Source: Flaccisagitta enflata
Lineage: Eukaryota
Length of the DNA: 64,000 nt
Direction: 5' to 3'
Assembly: GCA_965153355.1 (NCBI GenBank)
Contig: OZ231126.1
Span: 41,478,001-41,542,000 of the forward strand
Below the pieces are notes generated by a model. It did not search any database, was not told the origin of the DNA, and saw nothing but the letters and a program-made list of their open reading frames with translations. Both the position numbers and the translations under genes were made by a program. Of the stretch, positions 35,054 through 49,414 are shown in pieces. Position 1 is the stretch's first letter, and the number at the start of each line of letters is the position of its first letter.

Positions 35054-37008
35054 TTAAAGCGCCGTGCAAGCGACTCCAAAACTCATCCTGTGGGTTAGAT
35101 GGCTGTAAACGATAAGTCTTTTTGGTCGTTAAGGATTGAATGCCGGTGATTCTGCGAATTGTATATTTTTAGCGTGGTCGGGGTGCGGAACGGGGAATGT
35201 AGGCCTAAACCCACCCATCCGCAACGATATTGCAACCCCGGGTTACTTTTTTTCAAAAAATTCATTGACACCTGTCCACTAATTATTGTCAAAGTAGTGG
35301 TACAACCATAGATGCCTCGCTACTGCTGGTGAGGAACAATACAAATCCTTGATATAAGATATTAGATGATTATTTCTCAATATATTCCGCATTGTTTTCT
35401 ACATTTTGCCCCGTTTTGGATGATTATTTTAACCTTTATCAACCCTTGACAACCAACAATCCACACCCATATATTTTCCATATAACTTTGATTTCAATTT
35501 TGAAAGCATTCACTTTCACAAAATCATTTGAAATCCATGGCCAAATTAAAGAACTTTTCATAAGCTTTTTAGTTGTGAAATCCGCATCCAATTTTGTATC
35601 TTTATGTAGATTTGGTGAGCACCTGATGTTGATTAGGTTCTTCTGGTAATTTTGCCATTATTTGTAGAGGGAATGTTTTTACTGTTTTTGATTTTATTCG
35701 ATTTTGTACGAAGCAAACGAGGTGAAATTCATGAGCAAAGTGAAGATTTTTTCCAGCTCTAACTGGTGGGAAAATCGGCATATGGCTAAATATGTAAGTT
35801 TAGATTTGACAGTTGTTTGATCTTTTGACAATAATAAGTGTACAGGTGGTAGTCAATAGCGTTACAGTTTAACCCCGCAATACCCGACGTCAAGTAACAA
35901 ACAAACATCACCTGTCAAATTTCTAATATTACCAAGAGAGAAAAAAAAATAGATATTTAATTCATTTTAAGCTATTTTCCGTTACTCGAAGTTTCCTTAA
36001 TGCGGCGTATTACTGTTGTAACAATTTGATTCTCTTTCATGCGGCTTTCCTGTCTCCATTATCACCTGTATCGCTTCCTCCACTTTCGCTTTCCATACCT
36101 TTTGTTTTTCACTATTTTTTTTTTTTAGCTTTACACTCAAATTACTCTTTCATGTTCCCACACAATCAATTCTAAATTTTTCTTATCTTCTCTCAACACA
36201 TCTTTTCTTCCCTACAAAATGCCTCTCCCTATTTTTTTTTTATCGCTATATCTCCATTCTCCAACCCCCCACCGCATCATCCTTCTACTGTTTCTCCTCA
36301 TACTGCTTTCCCCTATACTCGTCATTCTCCTCCTCCTCCTTCATCTCTTCTTCCTCCATTATCATTCTTCCACCATCTTGGCCATAAATATAAGAACAGC
36401 TTTAAAGTGTCATAACTTGCTTAATTTTAATCGCAGAGAGATGATTTTTTTTTCAAAATTTGCATCTTCAAAAAATCTATCAAATGAGACCAAGCTGGTT
36501 CCTGTATCTTTATTCGTTAGGAAATGAGAGCCAAATGAATAAAACATTTGCTTTTTCCAAGTGTGGTTGGGTGAATCTTTCTTGGTTCATGGAGAATGGT
36601 GCACTGGCGCACTGCGCCAAATAGTCTGTAAGATCGACAAGTTAAGCTCGTCAAGGGTTCGCCCACATCAATTTGGATCTCAATCCAATTGAGAACTCAA
36701 AGATTCAAATGAAAAACCTGCAGAAACAGGGGAAAACAACATGCAAAGCAAGGCTGAAATGAATCGCATAAGTGGTTTGAAACAACATCACTCCAGAGTA
36801 CCTCCAGTGTCTCTATGAGTCATGCCAAAGTAAATGCAGGCGGTGGTGGATGCCCAACATGGTCATACTAGATAATAGATGCAGTGTGATATGTTTGCTG
36901 CTCACTTTTAGTGAATAAATCAACTTATACACCTACTGTTCTTATATTTATGGCCAAGATGGTACCACCGCACTTGCATTTTCGCCTTGGCCGCCGTCTA
37001 AAAAAAAC

Positions 37009-37306
37009 AACAAGGCAGGATACATACACGGCTACCCCAGTCACGTGCGGGTGGGCAGGGGCTGTATTTGAGGTCACTTAATCATTTGGGCAGGAGCAGT
37101 GAGGCCAAAAACCGCAGAAAAAAAAAAACAAAAAAAGTAAAGTGTGACGGACGGACGGACGGACGGACGGACGGACGGACGGACGGACGGACGGACGGAC
37201 GGACGGACGGACGGACGGACGGACGGACAGACTGACGGACAGACCGACGGACGGACGGACGGACCGGCAAAGCGGGTTGTAGAGTCGCGTAGCACGCGAC
37301 TAAAAA
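37009..37306 (-). mobile_element. HINE family A copy with expanded (GGAC)n
   Basis: Full-length reverse copy ending GAGTCGCGTAGCACGCGACTAAAAA, 26 nt upstream of exon 5. Confidence 0.75.
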
Positions 37307-37332
37307 TCTCCACTTGACTCTCTACTTTTCAG

Positions 37333-37628
37333 TGAAAAGTGCGTCTTTACCATCGGTCTACGCGGACGACAACGACGACGCCGACGGAGATAAAACAGTC
37401 AAATGTGGCGCCAGAAGAGGAGAAGCCTTTGTGCCGATTTCCGGTGGCGGCAATTCTTCTTCTTCCACTTCCACTTCTACCGCCTGGGAAATCCCGATGA
37501 CGACGAACAACACTAGCGCCAGCGGCAGCGGCGGCGGGAAAAAGAAGAGACAAAAGAGCAAACAAAGACGCAACACACAAACTATCGCCATGGAAGGGGC
37601 GCAGCTGGACTCGTCGCAACTCTACCAG
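37333..37628 (+). CDS. Coding exon 5, disordered linker ending at the first SH3 strand (VKSASLPSV...DSSQLYQ)
   Basis: ctacttttcag acceptor, CAG|GTAAAT donor; phase 1 in and phase 0 out match the neighbouring exons. Confidence 0.75.
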
Positions 37629-37825
37629 GTAAATACGGTATTAATGAGGGGGGATATGTTAGTTTGGCGCTGTTGTTGTTGTTGGTGTTGTTGTTGTTGT
37701 TTTGTTTATTTGTTGTGTTGTGTTGTGTGTTGTGTGTTGTTGTTGTTGTTGTTGTTTTGTTTTTGTTTTTGTTTTTTGTCATTGTTGTTGTTGTTGTTGT
37801 TATTTATTTGTTTGTTGTTGATTGT

Positions 37826-37876
<51 letters not shown>

Positions 37877-38870
37877 AGGAAAACAAGGGAACCAGTGTTT
37901 TCCCAGCAAGTAGACGAAGCAAACAATTGGAAAATCTTGTTTAAGTCAGCGGAAAATGAGAAGAAATGAAGAAAAATTGCCCTTTTTATGAATCTATCAG
38001 TAGGCTCTGTGATACGTGCTCATGCTTGCAATTCCTCCCCATGAGGAGGGCACTAAAGGCCAAATCCTCATTTTGAAATAAGGGCAGTAAGCTCCCTAAC
38101 CACTCAAGGCAGAAGTGGACTTGTGTAGTTTTCAACTCTACCTGCTTCTTCTAACTAAAGTGGATTTTAATTCATCTTCAAAAAGAAATGTTTTCTAGGG
38201 CCTCATTAAGATCTAACTTGCATCATTCTTTTATCTTTTTTATATCATCTTTTAATGCAATCTATAATTGTTAATTTCTAAAAATTTTAAGATAAAAATT
38301 TCAAAAAAATAGTATATGTTATTTCTTCAAATAATTATCATTTCCTTTAAAATTCATAAAAATATCAAACAGGGAAGGACAAATGGAGATTTTTTTCATT
38401 CCTAGATTATTTTTCATGATAAATTGTTTTATGCTCAAATAGAATTTCAAAATTCTGTTTATTTAAAATAGATAAAAAAGTGATTTCAAAAAGCAGTAAA
38501 GCTCAGCAGTGAAAATAAATTCAGAATTTGAAGAAAAAATAATAAACCATTATTTTTCACAAATAAAATTAATCAGACTTTTACAATTCCAATGAGTAAG
38601 TAAAAATAAAAACCACTCTAGTCAGAATTGAAATGAGGGATGTTCTAATTTATTCAACTCATGTCCAAATCTGACTAAAGTGGTTTCAGTCTTAACTCTA
38701 GTCCGAAATTCGGCCTAAAATGGTTCCCCCCTCCCCATCGGTGGCAAGACAACATCGTTCGCCTCAGTTTCTTCGGTGACTTTTTGATTATATTTGCCCT
38801 ATCTTGTTACTGAGATCCCTTTCTGCATTTCCTCTACTTAACTTTTATTTTGTCTTGTTCTCTCTCAACT

Positions 38871-39020
38871 TTTTAGTCGCGGACACGCGACTCTACACCT
38901 TGCCGTGTCGGTCGGTCCGTCGGTCCGTCCGTCCGAAATATTTTTAAATTACGATCGGATTACGCATTACTGCTCCTGCCCAACCATCTGCGACTGGATT
39001 GCCGTGTATCCGGCCTTGTT
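38871..39020 (+). mobile_element. HINE family A copy
   Basis: TTTTAGTCGCGGACACGCGACT...GCCGTGTATCCGGCCTTGTT. Confidence 0.7.
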
Positions 39021-39105
39021 ATATGATTCTTTTCCTTTTTTTTCCTCCTATCTACCGATCTATCTGTTTATCTATTGATCTATCTAGTATCTATTCATGC
39101 ACTTT

Positions 39106-39164
<59 letters not shown>

Positions 39165-39191
39165 GTCTATTTGTTCATTTTCAATCTATTC

Positions 39192-39401
<210 letters not shown>

Positions 39402-39779
39402 CCTCCTTCCCCCTTTGCTTCATTAACTCTGTCTGAGGCCCCCGGCTATGCAAAAAAATTTTGAATCAGAATTCTCAATTCTCGACAGAGCTCATACTTT
39501 CTTTGCCCCAGCTATGTGATTTCTGGCAACTCTAGAGCAATTTACATATTCGTTTGGTAACGCAAACACTTCCAAGCAATGTTGGACGTGATCCATTAGT
39601 CATGATGATCCTCAGGCGTTACATTGTGATTGTGGGACCGTGGGTGTGCCTTTATGCGTGATATAATCTTGTATGACAGATGGAACAATATCCCTCACTA
39701 TTCCCAAAATATATGGAAGAGGGCCTTGTGAGTCCTCACTAGTTACTACGCGTTTAAAAGGGTGCTTGTTTGTATGTAC

Positions 39780-39988
<209 letters not shown>

Positions 39989-41239
39989 AGTGTGTGTGTG
40001 TGTGTGTGCGTTTGCGCGCGTGCAAAGAAAAAGAATTGTTGAACTATATAAAATCGCAATTTTCTCTTAAAGGTCATCGATACCCAGAAACTCTTTTGGT
40101 AGACGAAGCCGCGTCCGTTTTAATGCGATTATCGATTGGCTTTTGTTCATTTCGAGTTCATCCCAGTCTGCTTTTGGTGGATGCCATCAGAGATAGGCGA
40201 GCGGGCGGTGAACAACTATGTCGACCTAAAGGGGCTGGAGCAGGAGATGGGGTGGGGTGGGATGTTGAGCCATCAAAGATACGCGGGTAGGCGATGACCA
40301 ACTGAATAACCCAAAAGGGGATGGGGCAGGGGGTGGGGTGGGATGTTGAACCATCAAAGATATGCTCGGCGGGCGAAGACCTAAAAGCTAAAAGGGATGT
40401 TGTGGGAGGTTGAGCCCGTTCATAGTGGTGACTAAGCTTGACTGAGTCAGCGCTAAGCGTTAAAGCAAAGCATGTACATGGACTCTTTTCTAGAACACCA
40501 AGGTTTTCAAAAAAATTTGCATACAATGAGGTAGCTTGATCACCTAGATGGCATATCCATTCAGTATAAAATGAGGGGATTTACAACCATGACATGTTAT
40601 CACCCTCACAAACTCATTTCCCCCCTACCTATCTGTAGCCCCCGCCCCGCCTTCTTCTCTCCTCATCGCGCATTGTTTTCTTTTATGAGGCATGTCTGCC
40701 CTCAGTTTCTTTTTTGATCATTTTTTTTACTCTTGCTCTCTACATCTGAGATTTTCTGTCGCCAGAAAAGTCTTGTTTCTATCATGCTTCTTCTTTTCAG
40801 TTCTTTTTTTCTAATAACATTCGCTAAATCATTTGAACATTTGCACAAGCCATCGTCGGGAAAAAAGTTGAAGTCAGTCTTCGACTTTTTGACATATTTG
40901 AGAGAAATAGGGTGTTCATTTTCTTATCCTTCAGTTTCGGAACTCATAGGGCTGATCGCACCCTCAGACAAAATTGATATGGTTAATAGATTTTGGATAC
41001 TTTTTTTGGTGTCCTAGCAGATACCCCAGTCTGTGACTGGCTTTGAGTCTGACGTAGGAACCATTTAATGAATGCGATGAGCAGAGATATACAATTTGTT
41101 TTACATCAGCATAGTAAGAATTCTCTTTCATTTGGCGCCAAGCAGAATGTTCTATGACAAATATTTTTCATCCTATGATTTTTTAAAGATTCATTTATGA
41201 AAAACTCAAATTGATTTTTTTTTATTTATTTTGATTTTA

Positions 41240-41700
41240 AGTAGGATCAATAAAAGAATGTATTTATGTTTGTTTGAGCATCCAAATACAAGAAAACATG
41301 TTTATGAGCATAGCAGCTTATCTGCGAGGGTGTTTTTGAGCACTCTAGCTTATTTAGCTCATTAAGCTCAGTTTTTTTTTCTGATTTCAAATGCGATAAA
41401 TGAATAAATATTTTGGTACATGTTAAAGCAAGCAGATACAAAAAAACATGTCAGTGAGCATAGCTGCTTATCAGTGAGGGTATTTTTAAGTATTCTAGCT
41501 CACTTAGCTCATTTAACTGTTTTTTTTTTCTTCTGATTTTTAATGGGTAAAATAAATAAATGTTTTGATGTGAGCATGCAAATACAAAAAAGCATGTCAG
41601 TGAGCATAGCTGGTTGTCTGGTTGAGTGATTTTGATCATTTTAGCTCATCTAGCTCATTTGGCTCAGTCCTATTTTTCTCTGATTTTCAGTGCAATCAAT
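41240..41700. repeat. Diverged ~150-bp tandem repeat x3
   Basis: TGAGCATAGC...TAGCTCAT motifs recur at about 41305, 41455 and 41600. Confidence 0.7.
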
Positions 41701-42249
41701 GCATACAATTGCTCTTGATTTGATCTAACAGATAAAAAAATTGCAGTGACAAGCTTGATGGAAAAATAAAAAGTGACCAATGCTTACGACTTTTTCCTCA
41801 CGGCGACAGCCGCCATTACTGGTAATCCTTAAAATCAATAGCAAATACTATGCATTGCATAAAACTTCGTATCACTGATGACTGTTTTTTCTCCCAGTAC
41901 TGGCGGCAATTTATCCAGGATATTCTCTCTCTCTGTCAGGCAGCTGCAATATTGGTTCAAGGGCTTTTTTTTTCTTTTTTTTTTTTTTTTTTTGTTATTC
42001 AAATTCCATTTTTTCGTGTTTACCCGGGCCAATCCTGTGCTCGTTCGGAAAATCGATGCATTTTTAATGGGACTTTCTTTCCTGCTTATTTCTTTATTCC
42101 CATATTTTCTTTTTGTGAGCCTGGATCGGTATAGTTATTGCCGTATATGCGTCAGAGTAAGCAACTGAATCACTTAGATAACGTTACATTGGTGTCTGGG
42201 CCGTGCATGAATTCATGAAACTTTCCTTACATCTTGGGCGTAGAGAAGA

Positions 42250-42300
<51 letters not shown>

Positions 42301-42667
42301 CGACAGACGGTCAGACTAAGAAAGACATACAGCCAATCAGGCGATCGCAAACAAACTAAAAAAGACAATTGATCCTCGCTCTAACGGACCCGCCACTTAC
42401 GGAATTCCGCTTTTAATGATTTAAGTTCATAGTCCTCACACTTGTTTCTTTTTACCTTTATTTTTGTTAACCTTTGTTTATTTCTTATACTGGCTTCAAT
42501 AGATATCCGCCTGTAATAAATAAGATTTGTTGGTCCCTTGAAACCCGGGATGTAAGTGTATTCCTTTGATTTTCATTTAGGCGGTGTGCCCTGTGCTGAC
42601 TGTGCAAGGAAACATGTAACCTTAGTTTTCTACACTTGGAAACCTTATTTCATTGCACTTCATTTAG

Positions 42668-42779
42668 GCGGTGTGTTCCTACAACCCGATTCTGTTTTCT
42701 CACTCTGGGCGGTCGACGGAGGAGCTTTCCCTCGTCGAAGGAGACGTTGTCAAGCCGCTGACCAACGTGGATTCTACTG
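42668..42779 (+). CDS. Coding exon 6, N-terminal half of SH3 domain (AVCSYNPILFSHSGRSTEELSLVEGDVVKPLTNVDST)
   Basis: A-x-x-S-Y-N-P ... EELSL-x-E-G-D SH3 signature with the long RT loop typical of RIM-BP SH3 domains. ttcatttag acceptor, G|GTAATA donor, phase 0-1. Confidence 0.85.
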
Positions 42780-43871
42780 GTAATAACGCCGACAACGCGT
42801 GTAATAGGGAGGGGATTGTGTTCTTACTAAAAGTAGCGAGCGCGCATCGTCGGAAATCTGAGGTGGACAACTTCCCCACATATAAAAGTGATCCGCCTGT
42901 TCTAATAAATCTTTAGCTATTTCCTGTAGACAATAGCGAAAATAACACCAAATAATGATACTTTTTCTGTACCTTATTAAAATCTCTTTGAAGGAATCGC
43001 CTATTGCTGTTAAAATTCTCAAAAAACATGTTGGATCTACTTTCTCTATTCTGTTATGAGCGCTAACAGCGGCATTGCCGGCCATGAAATGCCGGCCAAT
43101 CAAACTTGTGCATGAGTTCCTTAGGTTGAAAGAGACATTAATGTACGGGATTTGAGATCGGACACTGCTTACTTATGAGATTTTTTTATCATTTACACTA
43201 AATTACATCTGTCTGGCTGTTTTCATTAACTATTACTATCAATTACCGCCCCAAAATGAGTGTGCTACCTAAAGTTTCCTGGGCGAAGCTACGTGCTGCG
43301 TTCAACGTGCGTTCATCAGTCAAAGCGAAAAAAATATACTGCGCTGCTGCTGCCGCTGCTGCTACGGTCGTTTACGCAGTCACCCTGATCCCGGAAAATG
43401 ACTCACAAATTTCAGTGAATTGAGGACAGAAAGTTGGTTTGTATTCAAGATTTGAGCCATATGCTGAAGTTTTTATCGGTGAACTCAAAAATTGACATGA
43501 TTATTGGAAAAAAGTCGAATTACGTAATTCGACTTTTTGAAACGTATGGGAGAAATACAGTTTTCCATTTTTGGTTTGAGGCAATTTTAGAAAGTTGGGT
43601 CATTTTGGGGCTGGGAGTATACATTTTTTGATATTCACAGCTAAGAAAGAGCTAATTTTTCTCTTTCCAATGGCGCCAACCAGAAGTCTCTACGATCATT
43701 AGTTTTGGCATTATGAATTTTTAAAGTTTTTTTAAATTTTTCGCATTTTCGTAAAAATTGATATTTTTCATTGATCCCATTTTTCAGCCTTATGTAACAA
43801 TAGGGAATAGTAAAAATGTTACGCAAATTGACCCCAAGTTTGATGACGCTAACTTTGATATTTTAATCTGC

Positions 43872-43916
<45 letters not shown>

Positions 43917-43937
43917 ACACACACACACTTCACTGCA

Positions 43938-44014
<77 letters not shown>

Positions 44015-44091
44015 TCAAGTAGGCCATAGAAAGAGAGAGACAAAACAGAGACAGAGAGAGAGACAGAAAGAGATTGAGAGATTGAGAGAGA

Positions 44092-44343
<252 letters not shown>

Positions 44344-45280
44344 GTTAAAGACAGAGGAAGACTGAGAGAAAGAATAGACACCTGTAGATTGAATAACAAA
44401 AACACACAGGCAATCAACAAGACAGCATAAAATGCACCCACAGAGGATCATGCACTGAAAAAAGAAACTTTCATTTACGACTTTTTTCCGGTCGGCGATT
44501 AGCCGCCTTTATTGGTACATTGTTCAAAACATAGAGTATGAGCATCAGCCAGAATTATCGGTCAAAGCAGTCTCTCGCTACTAAAAGAAACCTATCTTTC
44601 TTTACAAACTGCCATTATCTATCATATCATAATAATGAAATATGACAACTTTCATGGCCATCCGACAAGCTTCTCATTGTGTCGCAATCCAACATTCCCC
44701 TTCCCTTTGTATTTTCCATCCAATCCCCAAACACTTGATAACACTCCCATTATTTCCTTAACATCTCCGAAAGTGACATTCCCATTTCTTCAACCAATTA
44801 AAATAGGTTAGAATGAGCTCTCATGGTTATGGGTCATGTTTGGCCAATGAATGAAGGGGCCAATGCATTGAAGTGCATTTGGCGTATTTGATGACCAAAT
44901 TGGGTCTTTGGATGACGTCGTTTGCAGTTTTTGCTTTTAAATTTGTTGCTTTATAAAGTCACAATGCTTTTCTATTAATTTCTGCGTAGATCTTACACAA
45001 TGTCATTTACACTCCAACAATCAAACAATCCAGCATTAACGCCAGTTTTATTAAAAAAGGGATGAATGAGGAGGTTTTGCTTGTGTTGAGGTCATTCATC
45101 TCTCAGGTTAATGTCATATGGGGAATGTCCACCATGAAAGAAAGGAGGATAAATCATGAAGAGAAAGAGAAAACCGAGGTTGCCTTTGTCAAGCCTGAGC
45201 TGGGACAAACCGACCGCGTACTTCATTTCTGCTTTTAAAGCGTCACTCGAGGAATTCAAGGACATTGCAAAAGGAGGAAG

Positions 45281-45311
<31 letters not shown>

Positions 45312-45369
45312 CGAGAGCGAGAGCGAGAGCGAGAGAGAGAGAGATTGACAGAGACATTAAGACAGGAAC

Positions 45370-45968
45370 AATAGTCGCAAAAGCGTTAGATGGTCAGCGG
45401 TATCCGTGTCCTGCCGAAAAAGATTGTGCTTGAAGTTGAAGGGGAATTGTCTTCTTCTCCTCTTCCTCTTCCTCCTCCTCCGTCCCTCCCCCCTCAAATC
45501 CCAGCCTTGAGGTCCAAATTTCAGTCTCAAGGCCCAAATGCCAGCCTCAAGGCCCAGATTTCAGCCTCAAGGCCCAAATCCAACTCTGGAGGCCCAAATC
45601 CAACTCTGGAGGCCCAAATCCAAGCCTGGAGGCCCAGATCCCAGCCTTGAGGCCCAAATCTTAGCCTTGAGGATGGGATCTGGGCCTCTTGGCTGGGATT
45701 TGGACCTCAAGGCTGAAATTTGGGCCTCAAGGCTAGGATCTGGGCCTCCAGAGTTGGATTTGGGCCTCTTGGCTGGAATTTGGGTCTTTAGGCTGGGATT
45801 TGGGCCTTGAGACTGGGATTTGGGCCTCGAGACTGGAATATGGACCTCGAGACTGGGATTTGAGGGAGGGTGGACGGAGAAGGAGGAGAAGAAGAAGAAA
45901 GAGGAAAAAACTCCCCATATGTGTGAAAGCATAGGTCATCCACCCCCTTCGGGACCGCTGCCCAAAAA
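45370..45968 (-). mobile_element. HINE-like family B element with head-to-head arrays of a 21-bp repeat
   Basis: Ends shared with 52934-53375 and partly with 3411-3772. GGCCCAAATCCCAGCCTTGA-type units run forward 45490-45670 and inverted 45675-45865. Confidence 0.65.
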
Positions 45969-46716
45969 CTGATACATGACAGACATATGGCAAGTGGCAA
46001 GGGGTAGGGGGAAGAGTGGATTAGGAAGAAGATAAGCAGGGGTCTAACAAGTGCAAAAAAAGTTTTAAGTGGTGAAACCTCGACCTCAGCCTACCCGTAA
46101 TATATTTTTTTCTTTGTCTGTTTTTTCCATTGTCTGGTTGACTTGTTGACCTTTGTTAATGGGAAGGTTGTTACGTTGTTGCCAAAAGGTCAAAAAGAGA
46201 TCAAAGGAAATGTTTTCAATTGCTTCTATTGTGTTGTTACATTGTAGTTCTAGATGGGGAAATCAACTATCAAGAAAATCAGGAGAGACAGACTGCCTTG
46301 CTTTTCGATTTCGTGCCGACTCCAACTATCTTTTATCTGTCCAGCGTTGCAATTGTCAATTGTCAATCGTTTTTATGCTGAACAGTTTTTTGCACTAAAG
46401 GAAATTTCCCGCGTCCCCGGGTTGTGACTGTGTGATGGTGACGGCAAATGTGAAGGTATATCTATTCTATGTAAAATGGAGAATTGAAAATAAAGATTAG
46501 GAATTATATATGAAAAAAATATGAGAAAAGGATGTATCTGGGAGTTTGTTATGAGATGGTGAGTTTGTTATGAGATTGTTGGGGTTTAGGTCATGTTAGT
46601 AATTTCACATATGACGGCGTCCTTCCGAAGGCAACACTTGTGTTTCAACAAGAGCTAAAATCAATAATTGAAAATAAATAAAACTGAATGATTACACCAA
46701 AATAATAATTGAGATA

Positions 46717-46880
46717 CAGTGGAGCACCGCTAGAGCGCACCCGCTAATAGGGCATGCCCACCTATAAGGCATCTAACTTACAGTCCCTTGAGATATTTTG
46801 TGGTTCTTCTTTGTTGGCAATAAGGCATAATTTGACCCAGTCCCTGGGCATGCGCTCTAGACTCTAGTGAAGCTCAACTG
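46717..46880. mobile_element. Tc1/mariner (pogo/Tigger-like) MITE
   Basis: TA|CAGTGGAGCACCGCTAGAG ... CTCTAGTGAAGCTCAACTG|TA, with TA TSD. Confidence 0.7.
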
Positions 46881-47629
46881 TATGTCATTTATTTTATTGC
46901 AAAATTTGGATTCAATCATAAAATAGAGCTAAATTACACAAAGATTAATAAAGAAAATATATTGCAAATCTCTGAAAATTTCATTTTTGTCACTGTTAGG
47001 AGGCCTGTTGAAATTCTAAGATTTCATAGCATATAAAAGAATGAGAAAATAAAAAACATAGTCCTCTTCCAAAAACAATCACAGAGAGAACTAAGTTTTT
47101 GAAAATGCAAATTGTTTTGCATTATAGAGTCTAAGAATTTCAACTGCAAGAAAAAATTGAAAAATTATTAAACTTTTCTGTGAATTGCGGAGTTAAAATT
47201 GTTTTTAAGGTCAGAATATGATAAAATTTATACACCATTTGTCTTCTAAAAGCATTCCACCATCATTGTCCAGATTATGATGCAAAAAGTATGGTGAAAC
47301 ATTAATTTTTCCTTCGAAAATTCGCCGACATAGGGACAATATCACCAATTAGATGAGTGTCGATTGATAAACGTTGATTGAGGAGTGTTGAGTGATGAGT
47401 GTTGAATGGTGGGTGTTTTAGAGGATGCGCTTTCAAGTTTCGTTGCGGGGATTTTTTTTTCCTCTCATCTGCATGAACACTGAACACGTTTTCGCTGAGC
47501 AAACAAACAAACAGAACGAGATGTGGGAAAAAACATTTTTCGCGGTGGAAAGATATCACTGGCAAAGTCAACGCCCTTCGTCCGCTATCTCCCTCCCTTT
47601 TTTCTCCTTCCTCCCCTCCATGTCTACAG

Positions 47630-47985
47630 GGTATTTGTACGCGCAAGTGTGCGGCAACAAAGGCTTGGTACCGGCGGCTTACTTAATTCCACTTAACAAA
47701 GCCGCTTCCGCCGCCTCCTCCTCCTCCTCCGCCGAAGCGGCATTCGGTCACGACCACGTCATCCACCGAGATAACAACAAAACCAACAGCAATGAGAACA
47801 ACAACGACAACAATCTACTCGCTGCGAGCGACGACAACAAAAACGACGCCGACGTCACCCATCAAAGCGCCCAAAGAAATAATAACAAAGACAACAAGGA
47901 CAACAAGGACAACAAGGACATGGCCGCATCTTTGCCTTCAATAGATGGCAAATGTAAAACCGAAGAATGTTCTACAAAGAATGAG
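47630..47985 (+). CDS. Coding exon 7, C-terminal half of SH3 (GYLYAQVCGNKGLVPAAYLIPL) plus Asn/Asp-rich linker
   Basis: GLVP-x-x-Y SH3 motif. Strong polypyrimidine tract + tacag, GAG|GTTTGG donor, phase 1-0. Confidence 0.85.
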
Positions 47986-48051
47986 GTTTGGAGATGGACG
48001 AAAGAGACCGCCACTGGATGGAATGATGGAAAGAAAGAAATAAATAAAGAG

Positions 48052-48158
<107 letters not shown>

Positions 48159-48162
48159 ATGA

Positions 48163-48238
<76 letters not shown>

Positions 48239-48818
48239 AATGGGCGCGGGCGGAAGGAGGGGCTGATCCACCTAGACTCACTAACCTGTTAACATGAACA
48301 ATGTATGAAAGGATGGGACGATTGCACTGAATGTTGGAGGGCCCTTGCAAATAAAGAGGCGCGACCGGAAAGAGGGAAAGAGATAGTTTGATGGTGATTC
48401 GCAATTTCCTTGTTCCGGAAATTCGTTCAGCCACGGTCAGCCAAATAGCTCCATACACCTCGCCGATCTCCTCTTTAAAAGTTCATTCATTCATTCATTC
48501 ATTCATTCATTCATTCATTCATTTATTCTTACGTTCATTTTTACGTTCATACATTTATTCATTCATTGACCCATTCATTGACCCATTCATTCATTCATTC
48601 ATTCATTCATTCATTCATTATTTTTTTATTCATTCATTCATGCATTCATTCATTCAATCATTTATTCATTCATTCATTCATTCATTCATTCATTCATTCA
48701 TTCATTCATTCATTCATTCATTCATTCATTCATTCGTTCATTCATTCATTCATTTTTTATTCATTCATTCATTCATTCACTCATTCATTTATTCATGCAT
48801 TCTCTCCCTCTCTTCCAG

Positions 48819-48897
48819 CTCCCGTCAGCCGGACAGCCTCATTCGCCATCCAAGGTCTTCGTTCAACGAGTTCTCTCGGATTTCTCCATTCTTTTGG
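48819..48897 (+). CDS. Coding exon 8, start of FN3 domain (LPSAGQPHSPSKVFVQRVLSDFSILL)
   Basis: ctctcttccag acceptor, G|GTAATT donor, phase 0-1. P-x-x-P then beta strands A/B of FN3. Confidence 0.8.
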
Positions 48898-49161
48898 GTA
48901 ATTTGAAATTCGAAACTGTTTTCCGGTGCGGTAGTCGTTACCGTCGTCGTCGTCGTCGTCCTCGACGTCGTCATCGTAACTGTAGTTCACCTCGCACGAA
49001 GGATGCTCTTCCAAACATATAACTTATTTCATGTTATATATGTCGGCGAATTAGATAAGTATCTAATACGCAAGCGTACTTTTTGTGGAGATACGATGAG
49101 AGCCGCTACTCGGAAAGATGTGGATGCCCCTTGGAAGATCGAAGAAGGAGAAGGAGAAGGA

Positions 49162-49242
<81 letters not shown>

Positions 49243-49245
49243 AAA

Positions 49246-49329
<84 letters not shown>

Positions 49330-49338
49330 AAAGGAAAA

Positions 49339-49414
<76 letters not shown>

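Noticed and set aside
45390-46000. Repetitive ORFs (LEAQI/SRPKS) and the IGLIELG ORF at 57625-57936
   Set aside because: Translations of 21-bp minisatellites inside non-autonomous elements.
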